DNA of 64,000 nt, taken from contig JAZDLN010000029.1 of assembly GCA_043801965.1 (NCBI GenBank), positions 1,587 through 65,586 on the forward strand. Reading direction: 5' to 3'. The translations under genes and the position numbers were made by a program. A model generated the notes under the pieces. It was not told the DNA's origin and made no database searches. It saw only the letters and a program-made list of their open reading frames with translations. This document shows, in pieces, positions 54,381 through 63,104 of this stretch. This DNA comes from Candidatus Falkowbacteria bacterium. GTDB lineage: Bacteria; Patescibacteriota; Patescibacteriia; Patescibacteriales; UBA12075. The first letter of the stretch is position 1. Each line of letters begins with the position of its first letter.

Positions 54381-55649
54381 CTATCCGAACATGATCCATC
54401 CCGGCTTGAACAAAAGCAATAGCCCGATAACAAGCATAATAATGCCGCCGATCGCGTTCGACCAGCGGGTATAACGCGAGCTTATAGCTTTCATCCGCAG
54501 GGTGAACATGGCGATAAAGAAGATTAAAAGATCGTCCAGCATGAAGATCAGTATATAAAGAAGAAGATATCCGTAATATTGCCAGGACGGCAATCCGGCC
54601 AAGGCGATTACCTGGGTATAGACCGCGGGCAATCCGGCGGAGCAGACGAGTTCGACAAGGTTAACGGCCGCGGCCAGTAAGATAATTCCGGATAAAGCCA
54701 ATACGAATTTCTTTTCCAACACTATCGTCCGCAGTTTATCGAAAACTTTTTTTCTTTTTTCATTATCGGTAACGCGACAGGTTCCGTCCCGGTGGCGGTA
54801 ATAATCATAAAGATGGTAGCCGCCGCTTAAGAGGGCTATCAAGCCGACGACCGCCCTGATCCAGGTGACAAAACCTAAAAACAGGAAGAGGTTGAGCCAG
54901 GCCGCCAGAAAAAGGAAATAAACCGCGCCGGAAACCGCGATAAAAACCGTTCCCAGTATCCACATCCGTTTTTTGTTTTCCATCCCCAAAAGCAGGCTGA
55001 TTAAAAACAAAAGCACCCACATCGCGCAAGGATTAAAGCCGTCGGCGGCGGCGATAATAAAAGTTAAAAGCGGCAAAGACAGGTTTTTTACTTCGACTTC
55101 TCCCAGTATCGGTATATTGACCCGATCGGGAATTTCTTTCTTTACGTCGGTCTCGCAACCGCAGTTGTGGATACATTCCGCGTCTCCCGGGTCGCAACCA
55201 TGGATACACTGTCCGTTGTCCGGACCGGGTAGATCGTTAAGAAGCGGCGCTACGATATCGTTGCAGCCGTTTTTTATGTGATCAAAAACTATCGACTTAA
55301 TTTCAGCGCCCGTGGTTTCTTCGTTGTAATATCCGGAAACAGTTTCGTCGCCGATAATAAGAAAGGGGACCCCGGAAACGGTTAAATTAAGTTCTTTGGC
55401 GATACTGGATAAAAGTCTGGCGTTATCCCGGTCTTTCCAGACTTCGTAGCGCTTAATTATGATATTGGAATTATCTTCTTCCAGCTTATCTAAAAGCTTC
55501 TCCTCTTTAGCGCAATGCGGACAGCCGTCGCCATAAAAAAAATAAAGATAAACCTTATTGTCCTGGGCTAAAACAGGATTAAACGCCGTCAACAGAAAAA
55601 AGCCAATTATAATCAAATTGATCGCTTTTTTTAATTTAAATTTCATCAT
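54381..55649 (-). CDS. Thioredoxin-fold (CPHC) domain fused to a Cys-rich linker and a CcdA/DsbD-like thiol-disulfide transporter membrane domain
   Basis: YLYFFYGDGCPHCAKEE, linker CIHGCDPGDAECIHNCGC, and membrane core AADGFNPCAMWVLLFL. The start is uncertain (Met codons at 55649/55646). Confidence 0.7.
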   Translation of the reverse strand: MMKFKLKKAINLIIIGFFLLTAFNPVLAQDNKVYLYFFYGDGCPHCAKEEKLLDKLEEDNSNIIIKRYEVWKDRDNARLLSSIAKELNLTVSGVPFLIIGDETVSGYYNEETTGAEIKSIVFDHIKNGCNDIVAPLLNDLPGPDNGQCIHGCDPGDAECIHNCGCETDVKKEIPDRVNIPILGEVEVKNLSLPLLTFIIAAADGFNPCAMWVLLFLISLLLGMENKKRMWILGTVFIAVSGAVYFLFLAAWLNLFLFLGFVTWIRAVVGLIALLSGGYHLYDYYRHRDGTCRVTDNEKRKKVFDKLRTIVLEKKFVLALSGIILLAAAVNLVELVCSAGLPAVYTQVIALAGLPSWQYYGYLLLYILIFMLDDLLIFFIAMFTLRMKAISSRYTRWSNAIGGIIMLVIGLLLLFKPGWIMFG

Positions 55650-55791
55650 AAAAATTAAAGAAAAACCTTCTATTATCATACTATTATTTATCCCTTTTGA
55701 CAATTCCGGAAAATAAAGGACCCCGTTTCTTGGAAACAGGGTCCTTTAGGCTTAAAGAAGGGGCCCGATTGGGCTTTTATATAAACTTTTA

Positions 55792-56787
55792 TTAATCTCC
55801 GGAATCGTTTTTTACCGCTTCTCTTCTTTCTTTTATAAGCTCGCGATTAACCCAGAATATCCAGCTGATCACGGCCAGTAAAAATACGATAAATATGATC
55901 GCGTTTAAATTAAGTTTTCCCTGGCTTTCTTCTTTTTCGTTTATCGCCCCCGTCGAATCGGTATTTTCAGCGTCCCGGTTGATCAAGGCTTCGATCTCCG
56001 CGATTTCTTCGGACGCGGCCGCTTCGGAAACTTTTCCAGGGTTGGTGTTTTCGGTATCATCCGGGAATTCAAACTCTGCCGCCGCCACCATGGGGCCAGA
56101 TGATTCTTTTGGGCGACCGACGGTAAAATAAACGATATTCGACCACGCGCTTTCCTTGCCTGATTTATCGGTTGCTACGCTATACGCCATGTGGCGGCCC
56201 TCCGTAAGAGGTAAGAAGGGTAAATAAGCAAAATCGGTTGTACCTGAATTATGGTTTTTTACGTCAAATTCCCCGAAAAACTTTTTATCAATAAATATTT
56301 TAACCCTGGAATCATTTTTCGCCAATCCGATGATATACGGTTTTTCAAAATTCGTACTGCTGTTAACCACCGGCTTAAAAAGCGTCGGGGCGGGGAACGG
56401 AAGCTCTATGGAGAACCTGAGGGTTTTTGATATTTGACTCTTGCTTCCCCGGCTGTCTTTAGCAACGGCCCAGACTGTGTGCTCGCCTACGCTTAAATTC
56501 AGGAATGGATCATAGGCGAAGTCGGCTGTACCGGAGTCGTCCTTAAGAATTCCGGTCTGGCCGTTATATATCCCGTCGATATAAATATAAACCGCGGTGC
56601 CGCTTTTTGTTAAGCCGGTTATCTTTGGTTTTGCCCGGCCTATTTTTTTGTACTCATCCGGCCCGATAAGCGTCGGCGCCGGCGGTACCGCTCCGGCGCT
56701 ATTATCCGCTGCTTCGACCGGATTTATCAGAAAAAGACTTAACCCTAAAAACATTAAAATAAAAAAATATTTGCCATATCGCAACAT
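55792..56787 (-). CDS. Secreted protein with two Ig-like repeats and a C-terminal TM anchor
   Basis: Signal peptide. Duplicated ~95-aa unit (PKITGLTKSGTAVYIYIDG...SGTADFAYDPFL / PYIIGLAKNDSRVKIFIDK...SGTTDFAYLPFL). C-terminal IIFIVFLLAVISWIFWV. Confidence 0.65.
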   Translation of the reverse strand: MLRYGKYFFILMFLGLSLFLINPVEAADNSAGAVPPAPTLIGPDEYKKIGRAKPKITGLTKSGTAVYIYIDGIYNGQTGILKDDSGTADFAYDPFLNLSVGEHTVWAVAKDSRGSKSQISKTLRFSIELPFPAPTLFKPVVNSSTNFEKPYIIGLAKNDSRVKIFIDKKFFGEFDVKNHNSGTTDFAYLPFLPLTEGRHMAYSVATDKSGKESAWSNIVYFTVGRPKESSGPMVAAAEFEFPDDTENTNPGKVSEAAASEEIAEIEALINRDAENTDSTGAINEKEESQGKLNLNAIIFIVFLLAVISWIFWVNRELIKERREAVKNDSGD

Positions 56788-56854
56788 AGATATCGTGCCT
56801 CCTTGAATTTATTTAGCCTTGTCTCGTATTTAAATTATTTTATATTAAGATAAC

Positions 56855-56917
56855 GCGCTAGGGTTAAGGGGAAACGAATCAGGAAAACCCGACAAAACGC
56901 CCCCTTAACCCTAGCGC
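56855..56917. repeat. Perfect 17-bp inverted repeat with a 29-nt A-rich spacer in the promoter region of the Ig-like protein gene
   Basis: GCGCTAGGGTTAAGGGG (56855-56871) / CCCCTTAACCCTAGCGC (56901-56917). Confidence 0.85.
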
Positions 56918-57140
56918 AAAAATCTGATGAAATCACGCCTTTTCTGAATTTAAAAAAACCGATCCTATCGGTATTTCTACTTTATCTCCGTGCTATACTT
57001 AGGGTCAAGTACATAACCCGTTCATAGGCTGTGTTTAACCCTGTTTTTTCAGTGGATAAGGCTGTGTAATAATCATATTTTTAGTTAAACCACTTTGGGC
57101 GATATTATCTACTATTGTCCTGTTAATAACCTCCGGATAA

Positions 57141-57503
57141 CTAAAAAACGTCTTTATAATGCTTAATATTAGCTCTTTTATTTACACGATTAATATCGAT
57201 GGTTATAAGATCAAGTTGAATTTCGTCCGGATCTATATCGCTTTTTACGGCGTAGAGTTTAAGGGCCCGCATTAAATTATTTATTTTACGGCGGCTGAAA
57301 TTTTCCTCGGCTAATCCCGGTGCGCCCGAAATCCGGGTTTTTACTTCCACTATTATGGTTTTTTCTTTTACTTTAGCGATAATATCAATTTCTTGATAGC
57401 TGGTTTTAGTGTTCCGACTGATGATCTGATATTTTTTTCGTTTTAAATATTCTACGGCCAGATCTTCGCCATATTGTCCGATTTTTTGTTTATAATTCAT
57501 CAT
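57141..57503 (-). CDS. yraN: YraN-family (UPF0102) endonuclease-like protein
   Basis: GQYGEDLAVEYLKRKKYQIISRNTKTSYQEIDIIAKVKEKTIIVEVKTR. Confidence 0.85.
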   Translation of the reverse strand: MMNYKQKIGQYGEDLAVEYLKRKKYQIISRNTKTSYQEIDIIAKVKEKTIIVEVKTRISGAPGLAEENFSRRKINNLMRALKLYAVKSDIDPDEIQLDLITIDINRVNKRANIKHYKDVF

Positions 57504-57574
57504 AACGATGATCCGTTTTTTAAAAACAGCAGAAAAATCTGCTGTTTAAATAATCTTGATATAAGCTTAAATTA

Positions 57575-57961
57575 CTATGGTATGTATTTTTTGAATTCCT
57601 GTTCTTTCTCTTTTTCTTCCTTGATCTTCGGGATAGTTAAAATGTGGCGCATTATAAAGACGAACCAGACCAGCATGCCGATTGCCCAAAGTAAAACCAG
57701 TATTCTGGCCGATAAAAAGGGAATCAATTCATAAGTAAAAAATAAAAACATCAATCCCAGAAAAAAATTCGTCAGAAAAAAAGAACTGAACCTCTGCCAT
57801 ATTTTCGTGTAAAGGCTCTTTTTCCGATTCTTTACTAAATAGGAAATAAAGGCGCCGACCAGCATCGCGCCGATAAAAATAACGAATACTTTAAACGAAA
57901 TCGTACTAAGTGCTTCTGGTCTGGTGTTCAGCCAGAATTTTATGCTTAAAAAATTACTCAT
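57575..57961 (-). CDS. Integral membrane hypothetical protein
   Basis: 128 aa with three TM helices. No motif recognised. Confidence 0.5.
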   Translation of the reverse strand: MSNFLSIKFWLNTRPEALSTISFKVFVIFIGAMLVGAFISYLVKNRKKSLYTKIWQRFSSFFLTNFFLGLMFLFFTYELIPFLSARILVLLWAIGMLVWFVFIMRHILTIPKIKEEKEKEQEFKKYIP

Positions 57962-57983
57962 AAATTAGGTAGATTATAATTAA

Positions 57984-58538
57984 TTATGATTTTGTAAAAA
58001 TAAGTCCGTAATGGTAATGTCCGGCAAAAAATTCTTCTTCAAATTCAAGGCCTAAGCGAGGGCCGCTTTTTATTAATGCGTCTTTATTGACGCGTTCTTC
58101 TGCCGGGGGACCGAAGGGCAGAGCGATATTTTTCCATTCAACAATTATGAGTTTACCGCCCTTTTTTATCAGCCGGACTGATTCGCGGATTATTTCCGCC
58201 CGTTTGTGGGATTGGTAAAGAGTATTAACCAGAAGAGCGACGTTTAGGCTTCCAGATTCTATTTTAGTGGCCTTGAATGTTTCAATATTACTCCAAACGG
58301 TGATTATATTCTTTACGTTGTCATACTTTATCCGTCGGTTAATGGTTTCCAGTACGGTTTTTAATATATCTACCGCGTACACAAGTCCTTTCTCGCCGAC
58401 CATAGAGGAGGCCGGGAAAACAAAGTGCCCGGTCGAGCCGCAGCCTAAATCGGCCACTTTCATGCCTTCGCCTATTTCCGCTTTATTTAAAATCACCTTA
58501 ACGTCCAATAATTTATCCCCGCCAGTGATATTATACAT
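57984..58538 (-). CDS. Class I SAM-dependent methyltransferase
   Basis: Motif I VADLGCGSTGHFVFPAS; post-I and motif II regions are consistent. Confidence 0.7.
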   Translation of the reverse strand: MYNITGGDKLLDVKVILNKAEIGEGMKVADLGCGSTGHFVFPASSMVGEKGLVYAVDILKTVLETINRRIKYDNVKNIITVWSNIETFKATKIESGSLNVALLVNTLYQSHKRAEIIRESVRLIKKGGKLIIVEWKNIALPFGPPAEERVNKDALIKSGPRLGLEFEEEFFAGHYHYGLIFTKS

Positions 58539-58552
58539 AAAAACTTGGATTG

Positions 58553-59260
58553 TTAATTCTCCTTGATTACACTATTATTATAGTTAATTTTTTTATTATT
58601 AACAAGGATTAAAGGAGATTTTAAAATATTATCTGTATTGTTATAGAATTTCCTTATTGGTTCAAAGCTTTTCCGATGAAGGGGGCAGGGGCCGTGCTTC
58701 GCTAATTGTTCCATGTGGAATTTTGTTCCATAGCCCTTGTGCTTATCAAACCCGTATTCCGGATATTTTTTGTGATTTGCGATCATAAGCCGGTCGCGCG
58801 TGACTTTAGCTATTATTGAAGCGGCGGCAATGGAAAAAACAAGGTTATCTCCGCCGATGATCGCTCTTTGCTTTAAGCTGGTATTAGGAATCGGAAATTT
58901 TCCGTCCAGCATTATGAATTCCGGCTTATTCTTAAGCACGCCGATCGCTTTTTTCATGGCCAAAAGCGATGCCTGGAATATATTGATTCTGTCTATGGTT
59001 TCCTGGTCGCAAGTCCCGACGCCGACCTCATAAGTATTCTCCTGGATAAGTCCAAAAAGCTTTTCCCTTTTCTTTTCCGTGAGCTTTTTCGAATCCTTTA
59101 CGTCTTTAAGGATCTCCATGTTGATTTTATGATCGCGTTCGCAAATAACGCAGGCGGCCACGACCGGCCCGGCTAAAGGCCCCCGTCCGGCTTCGTCCAG
59201 TCCGCCCACGAACCTATACCCCAGCGTGAATAAATTTTCTTCTTCTTTAAGGTCAAGCAT
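58553..59260 (-). CDS. rnhB: Ribonuclease HII
   Basis: VGGLDEAGRGPLAGPVVAA, DSKKLT and ASIIAKVTRD. Confidence 0.9.
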   Translation of the reverse strand: MLDLKEEENLFTLGYRFVGGLDEAGRGPLAGPVVAACVICERDHKINMEILKDVKDSKKLTEKKREKLFGLIQENTYEVGVGTCDQETIDRINIFQASLLAMKKAIGVLKNKPEFIMLDGKFPIPNTSLKQRAIIGGDNLVFSIAAASIIAKVTRDRLMIANHKKYPEYGFDKHKGYGTKFHMEQLAKHGPCPLHRKSFEPIRKFYNNTDNILKSPLILVNNKKINYNNSVIKEN

Positions 59261-59522
59261 AATTCAATTAAACATAAAAGGTTTTATCATTGCAAACCTT
59301 AGCAACTCCCTGTTATAATACAAGTAAGCCCCAGCGGTCTTTTGGCTGAAATTACGAATCCGCCTTTCCCTGGCAAATTTCTCAATTAGATCCTTGTTTG
59401 AATTAATTAATTTCCCAACACAAAGCTTGGTACCAAGAAGTTAATAAACATATTTTAACTAATTTTTAAATAAACAGCAATAAGTTAGCTCATCCCGCGG
59501 CCGTTGTGTAAAATAAAAAATT

Positions 59523-59735
59523 ATGACAAGCAGGTTAAAATTTTTTTATGATAGAATACCGTTTATTTGTTTTTTAATATCAATCTATTCTTGGTTTTTC
59601 CCGGTATGTGATGTGGGGAGCTTCCTCCCGAATCCTGGTTGTATTTTTTTAATTCTAATTTTAAGATTCATCTTTCCATTATTTGGAATAGTATTTATTG
59701 TAGATCATAGAAATAAAAAAAGAGAGATAAAATAA
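59523..59735 (+). CDS. Possible small hydrophobic protein (doubtful)
   Basis: 70-aa ORF with two hydrophobic segments in a very AT-rich spacer. No RBS is evident. Confidence 0.2.
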   Translation: MTSRLKFFYDRIPFICFLISIYSWFFPVCDVGSFLPNPGCIFLILILRFIFPLFGIVFIVDHRNKKREIK

Positions 59736-59857
59736 TTTTTTTACATCAAACAACACCGCGATACGCGGCCTCGTCACTTCTTCGGGTCTGCGGCCCTGCG
59801 GAGAGAACTCGCCCTAACTTTTAAAAAAATTTTGTTTACTATTTTATTTTGACTCGT

Positions 59858-60583
59858 ATGAAATGTAAGTTGTGCGAAAAAGAATTTGATAAATTAGCTG
59901 AGTCACACATTTTAGCGAAAGGATTTTTTCGTTATATGTACCCAAAAGATGACAACCGTGCATTTCTTTCATCAAATGGAAAAAGTAGACCAAAAAGAAT
60001 ACGTACTGGTTATTATGATAATGAAATTCTATGCATAGAGTGTGATAATAATCTTGGAAAATATGACGATTATGCAATAAGTGCATTTACACGAAAAAAA
60101 ATTGTCCCTTTTCCAAATTCTGACCAAGCCTATTTAATGAATAATGTTATTTATTCAAAATTAAAAATGTTCTTTTTATCACTACTATACAGGGCGTCAA
60201 TTACTTCACGTGAGGAATTTTCCTTGATTAATCTAGGAGAACACTACGAAAAAACACTCAAAGAAATGATTATAAAAGAAGATATTGGCGAGTTTAATGA
60301 TTTTCCGTTTATTATTGCTAAATTTGAAACAGCTCAACTCCCCCAAGATATTGCAGATAAATCCTTAATGAGCCCATATCGTACAAAAATAGACAATATT
60401 AATTTTTCAGTTTTTCGCATTCCAGGTGGTTATCAGGCTTACATTAAAGTTGACAAGAGACCACTTGATGATTTATTTAACCAACTGGCAATAAAAAGAG
60501 ATGGCAACTTAATTATAATTCGTAGAGAAAATTTTGAATCGTCAAAAGAGTTTAAAGCTATGTGCGACGTAATAATAAAATAA
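59858..60583 (+). CDS. Hypothetical protein with N-terminal CxxC...H...CxxC metal-binding-like module
   Basis: MKCKLCEKEF...SHILAKGFF...ILCIECDNNLG. Very AT-rich codon usage, unlike the core genes. Confidence 0.5.
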   Translation: MKCKLCEKEFDKLAESHILAKGFFRYMYPKDDNRAFLSSNGKSRPKRIRTGYYDNEILCIECDNNLGKYDDYAISAFTRKKIVPFPNSDQAYLMNNVIYSKLKMFFLSLLYRASITSREEFSLINLGEHYEKTLKEMIIKEDIGEFNDFPFIIAKFETAQLPQDIADKSLMSPYRTKIDNINFSVFRIPGGYQAYIKVDKRPLDDLFNQLAIKRDGNLIIIRRENFESSKEFKAMCDVIIK

Positions 60584-60711
60584 AATTCTTTTTAAAAGTG
60601 ATTTGCATTCGCAAATCTAAGAAAAACATATACATCAGTTAACAACGAGTATCCGGTTCCGATCCCGTAGCTTCGAGACGGCCAGTGAAAGAAAATTTAA
60701 ATTTTTTTAGT

Positions 60712-61146
60712 ATGATACCAACCGACGGCGCGAAAGCGTTTATAATAAATTCTAAAGACAACAAGTTTTTACTCGTATTAAGGGATAACGTTCCTAACAT
60801 TCCCAATCCAAACTGTTGGAGTCTTTTGGGCGGGGGAATTGAGCAAGGCGAAAAACCCGTAGATGCGCTTAAAAGAGAAATTCTTGAAGAAACAAATATC
60901 GAAATATACAACATTAAACAAATAGACACGATAGACGTTTTATTAACTGTTAATGATAAACAATATACAGTTACTGGGTACATATTTTTTGCGCACACAG
61001 ACGCCAAGCTTAGCGATATAAAAATATATGAGGGTCAAAAAGTTGGCTATTTCACTTATGATGAAATTAAAAACATGAAAAATATTGCACCCGGTGCTTT
61101 AAGTTTGATAGAAAAATACGAAAAACTATTCAAATCAAGAATTTAA
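60712..61146 (+). CDS. NUDIX hydrolase
   Basis: Nudix box GGGIEQGEKPVDALKREILEETNI. The start is ambiguous (GTG at 60685 or ATG at 60712). Confidence 0.8.
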   Translation: MIPTDGAKAFIINSKDNKFLLVLRDNVPNIPNPNCWSLLGGGIEQGEKPVDALKREILEETNIEIYNIKQIDTIDVLLTVNDKQYTVTGYIFFAHTDAKLSDIKIYEGQKVGYFTYDEIKNMKNIAPGALSLIEKYEKLFKSRI

Positions 61147-61240
61147 ATTTTCTTTCACAGTCTCCGTCCCAAATTTTATTACCAAATTAATTTTATAAGG
61201 AGTAATAAAACTTCAGATATCTCTCGCGTTCCGCAAAATC

Positions 61241-61374
61241 GCTCCGCCCTCGCTAACCCGCCTGCGCCAACCTGTCTACCGGCAGGCAGGAACAAAAACA
61301 AAAATTTAATTCTTTTTAAAAATGCCCCACAACTCTGCGGGACAAAGAAAAAGCTCCACGCATTAGCGAGGAGC
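61241..61374. repeat. 134-nt GC-rich imperfect palindromic element (attC-like geometry) between NUDIX and CPBP genes
   Basis: Outer arms are GCTC[CGCC]CTCGCTAA (61241-61256) and TTAGCGAGGAGC (63-74 of 613xx, i.e. 61363-61374), which is 12 bp plus a 4-nt bulge. The inner GC-rich segment CTGCGCCAACCTGTCTACCGGCAGGCAGG recurs at 62148-62176. Confidence 0.6.
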
Positions 61375-61408
61375 CTTGAGCATTGATTATATAACTGTTT
61401 TAATGGAT

Positions 61409-62056
61409 TTAGCATAACCGTTTCCGATTCCATCTTACCTTGTGCCAAAGAGACGTAACGCCTAGGGTGGCAAGCATCACTATGAGCATGATGATTTGAA
61501 GCACGGCAGGCATGATCAAGTTCCATGCCGAGTGAATTCCGAAGGCCACCCAGACAGACTGATACTTGATGCCGTAGTACCCGGCCAAGATACCGAGAGG
61601 AAACGTGAGGACAACATGGAACACTTTACGCGCCATAACCATCTTGCCTTCCTCTGCGCGGAGTCGATCCACCTCGTCCGCCACATTGTCTGATTTGTGC
61701 TCGCCGTTCTCGCGAACGGAGAAGATGTCCAGTATACAGATTTTATTCCCGAACCAGTGCATAAGCGCAAATAATGCGCTTGAAGCGAAGATGCCGTACC
61801 ATGCGACTGAGGAGATCGCACTAAAAGCGATAATAAGCGGTGCTCGGAAAATGAGCTCTTCTACAGCGGGTGCCCACAAGCTGACCGAGGGCGTACCAAC
61901 GGACCAGGCAACCTTGCGTTTGTTCCTCTCGTGCCATTCGACACTCTTAAAGTTTTTACCGAACCGCTTGATGATCAGCTTCAAGTAAAGAAGTGTGACA
62001 CCGGCAATACCCGCGAGAATGAAAACCGATGGCATGAATTCATAGATTCTTTCCAC
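61409..62056 (-). CDS. CPBP-family (CAAX-type) intramembrane glutamic endopeptidase
   Basis: AVEELIFRAPL, FALMHW and HSAWN motifs on a polytopic membrane scaffold. Visibly GC-richer than both flanks. Confidence 0.8.
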   Translation of the reverse strand: MERIYEFMPSVFILAGIAGVTLLYLKLIIKRFGKNFKSVEWHERNKRKVAWSVGTPSVSLWAPAVEELIFRAPLIIAFSAISSVAWYGIFASSALFALMHWFGNKICILDIFSVRENGEHKSDNVADEVDRLRAEEGKMVMARKVFHVVLTFPLGILAGYYGIKYQSVWVAFGIHSAWNLIMPAVLQIIMLIVMLATLGVTSLWHKVRWNRKRLC

Positions 62057-62130
62057 TTTATCCCTCCCTAGTTAAGGTTCAATATATCAGCGATTTTTAC
62101 TGATTTTTTAGTATAACATATTATCTTATC

Positions 62131-62198
62131 CGAGTCAAGCTCGGCGACTGCGCCAATCTGCCTGCTGGTAGGCGGGCGGCCGAGGGCAAGCCCTCGTC
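62131..62198. repeat. GC-rich structured repeat upstream of the HIT gene
   Basis: CCGAG-TCAAG-CTCGG. CTGCGCCAATCTGCCTGCTGGTAGGCGGG matches 23/29 with 61262-61290. Palindrome CGAGGGC-AA-GCCCTCG. Confidence 0.6.
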
Positions 62199-62231
62199 TG
62201 TTATATGAAAAATTTATTATCCCTTTAATTT

Positions 62232-62564
62232 ATGAATGATAAACATGACTTTTACTGTGAAGAAGTAATTTCTGGTAAAACGCCAATCGAAAAATTATAT
62301 GAATCGAATAATATTTTAGCTTTTTACCATACACGTCCGTCTTATAAAATTCACATAGTAATTACTTCAAAAAAACATATTCTCGATTTGCCTTCGGTGG
62401 CTGATGAAGAACTTACTATTCTAAATGAAATTATAAATGTGGCTCGTGATTTATCTAAGAATTTGAATAAGAAAGATGGCATCCGTTTAATTACTAACGC
62501 GGGAAAGTTCCAGGATTCACCACATATTCACTTTCATTTGGTGGCTGGTGAAAAGCTAAAATAA
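62232..62564 (+). CDS. HIT-family (histidine triad) protein
   Basis: C-terminal HIHFHLVAG (H-x-H-x-H-x-x), and size and order typical of Hint-like proteins. Confidence 0.8.
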   Translation: MNDKHDFYCEEVISGKTPIEKLYESNNILAFYHTRPSYKIHIVITSKKHILDLPSVADEELTILNEIINVARDLSKNLNKKDGIRLITNAGKFQDSPHIHFHLVAGEKLK

Positions 62565-62654
62565 TAGTTATAAATTGAATAATAAATTCATCATATAATA
62601 GCGGGTAAGCCCTCGTTCAATAGGCGACATATTTTTAGTGGGCTATAAGAAATT

Positions 62655-63104
62655 ATGAAAAAGGAAATTATTCGCCAAATACAAAGAAAAGTAATTGTAT
62701 TGTTGCGTAAAAATAATAATAAACCGCTCTACCTAACGTCAGTCGACAGCTGCAGTGAAGTTGCCCGTCTGGCTGGTTGCTGGATTTTTGAAAAATTGCC
62801 CCAAGTAAAAATATATATTCTAAAGGGTAAAAACGTTAAAAACACAAAACGGTGTCACGATATTTTAGCGATAGAGCAAAATTTCATTATTGATCTTATT
62901 GATCCAACGATATGGCAATTTTTTAAAAATAAAAAGAGTATTCATATTAAAACTACGGACAATTTGGCGAATGGTTTATTAGAAGCTGCAAAATTATATG
63001 GTGGTAACTGGAAAATTTCCGAAGAATTTAAAGTTAGCGATTATAAAAAAGCTGAACTTCAAAAAATTGTAGCTTCTAATATAAAGGAGTTAAATAAAAA
63101 ATAA
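62655..63104 (+). CDS. Hypothetical protein
   Basis: 149-aa ORF with AT-rich codon usage. No motif recognised. Confidence 0.5.
   Translation: MKKEIIRQIQRKVIVLLRKNNNKPLYLTSVDSCSEVARLAGCWIFEKLPQVKIYILKGKNVKNTKRCHDILAIEQNFIIDLIDPTIWQFFKNKKSIHIKTTDNLANGLLEAAKLYGGNWKISEEFKVSDYKKAELQKIVASNIKELNKK

Noticed and set aside
61179-61526. 115-aa minus-strand ORF across the NUDIX-CPBP spacer
   Set aside because: It runs through the GC-rich palindromic repeat and into the 3' end of the CPBP gene frame region. There are no coding features, and the sequence is better explained as a repeat element.
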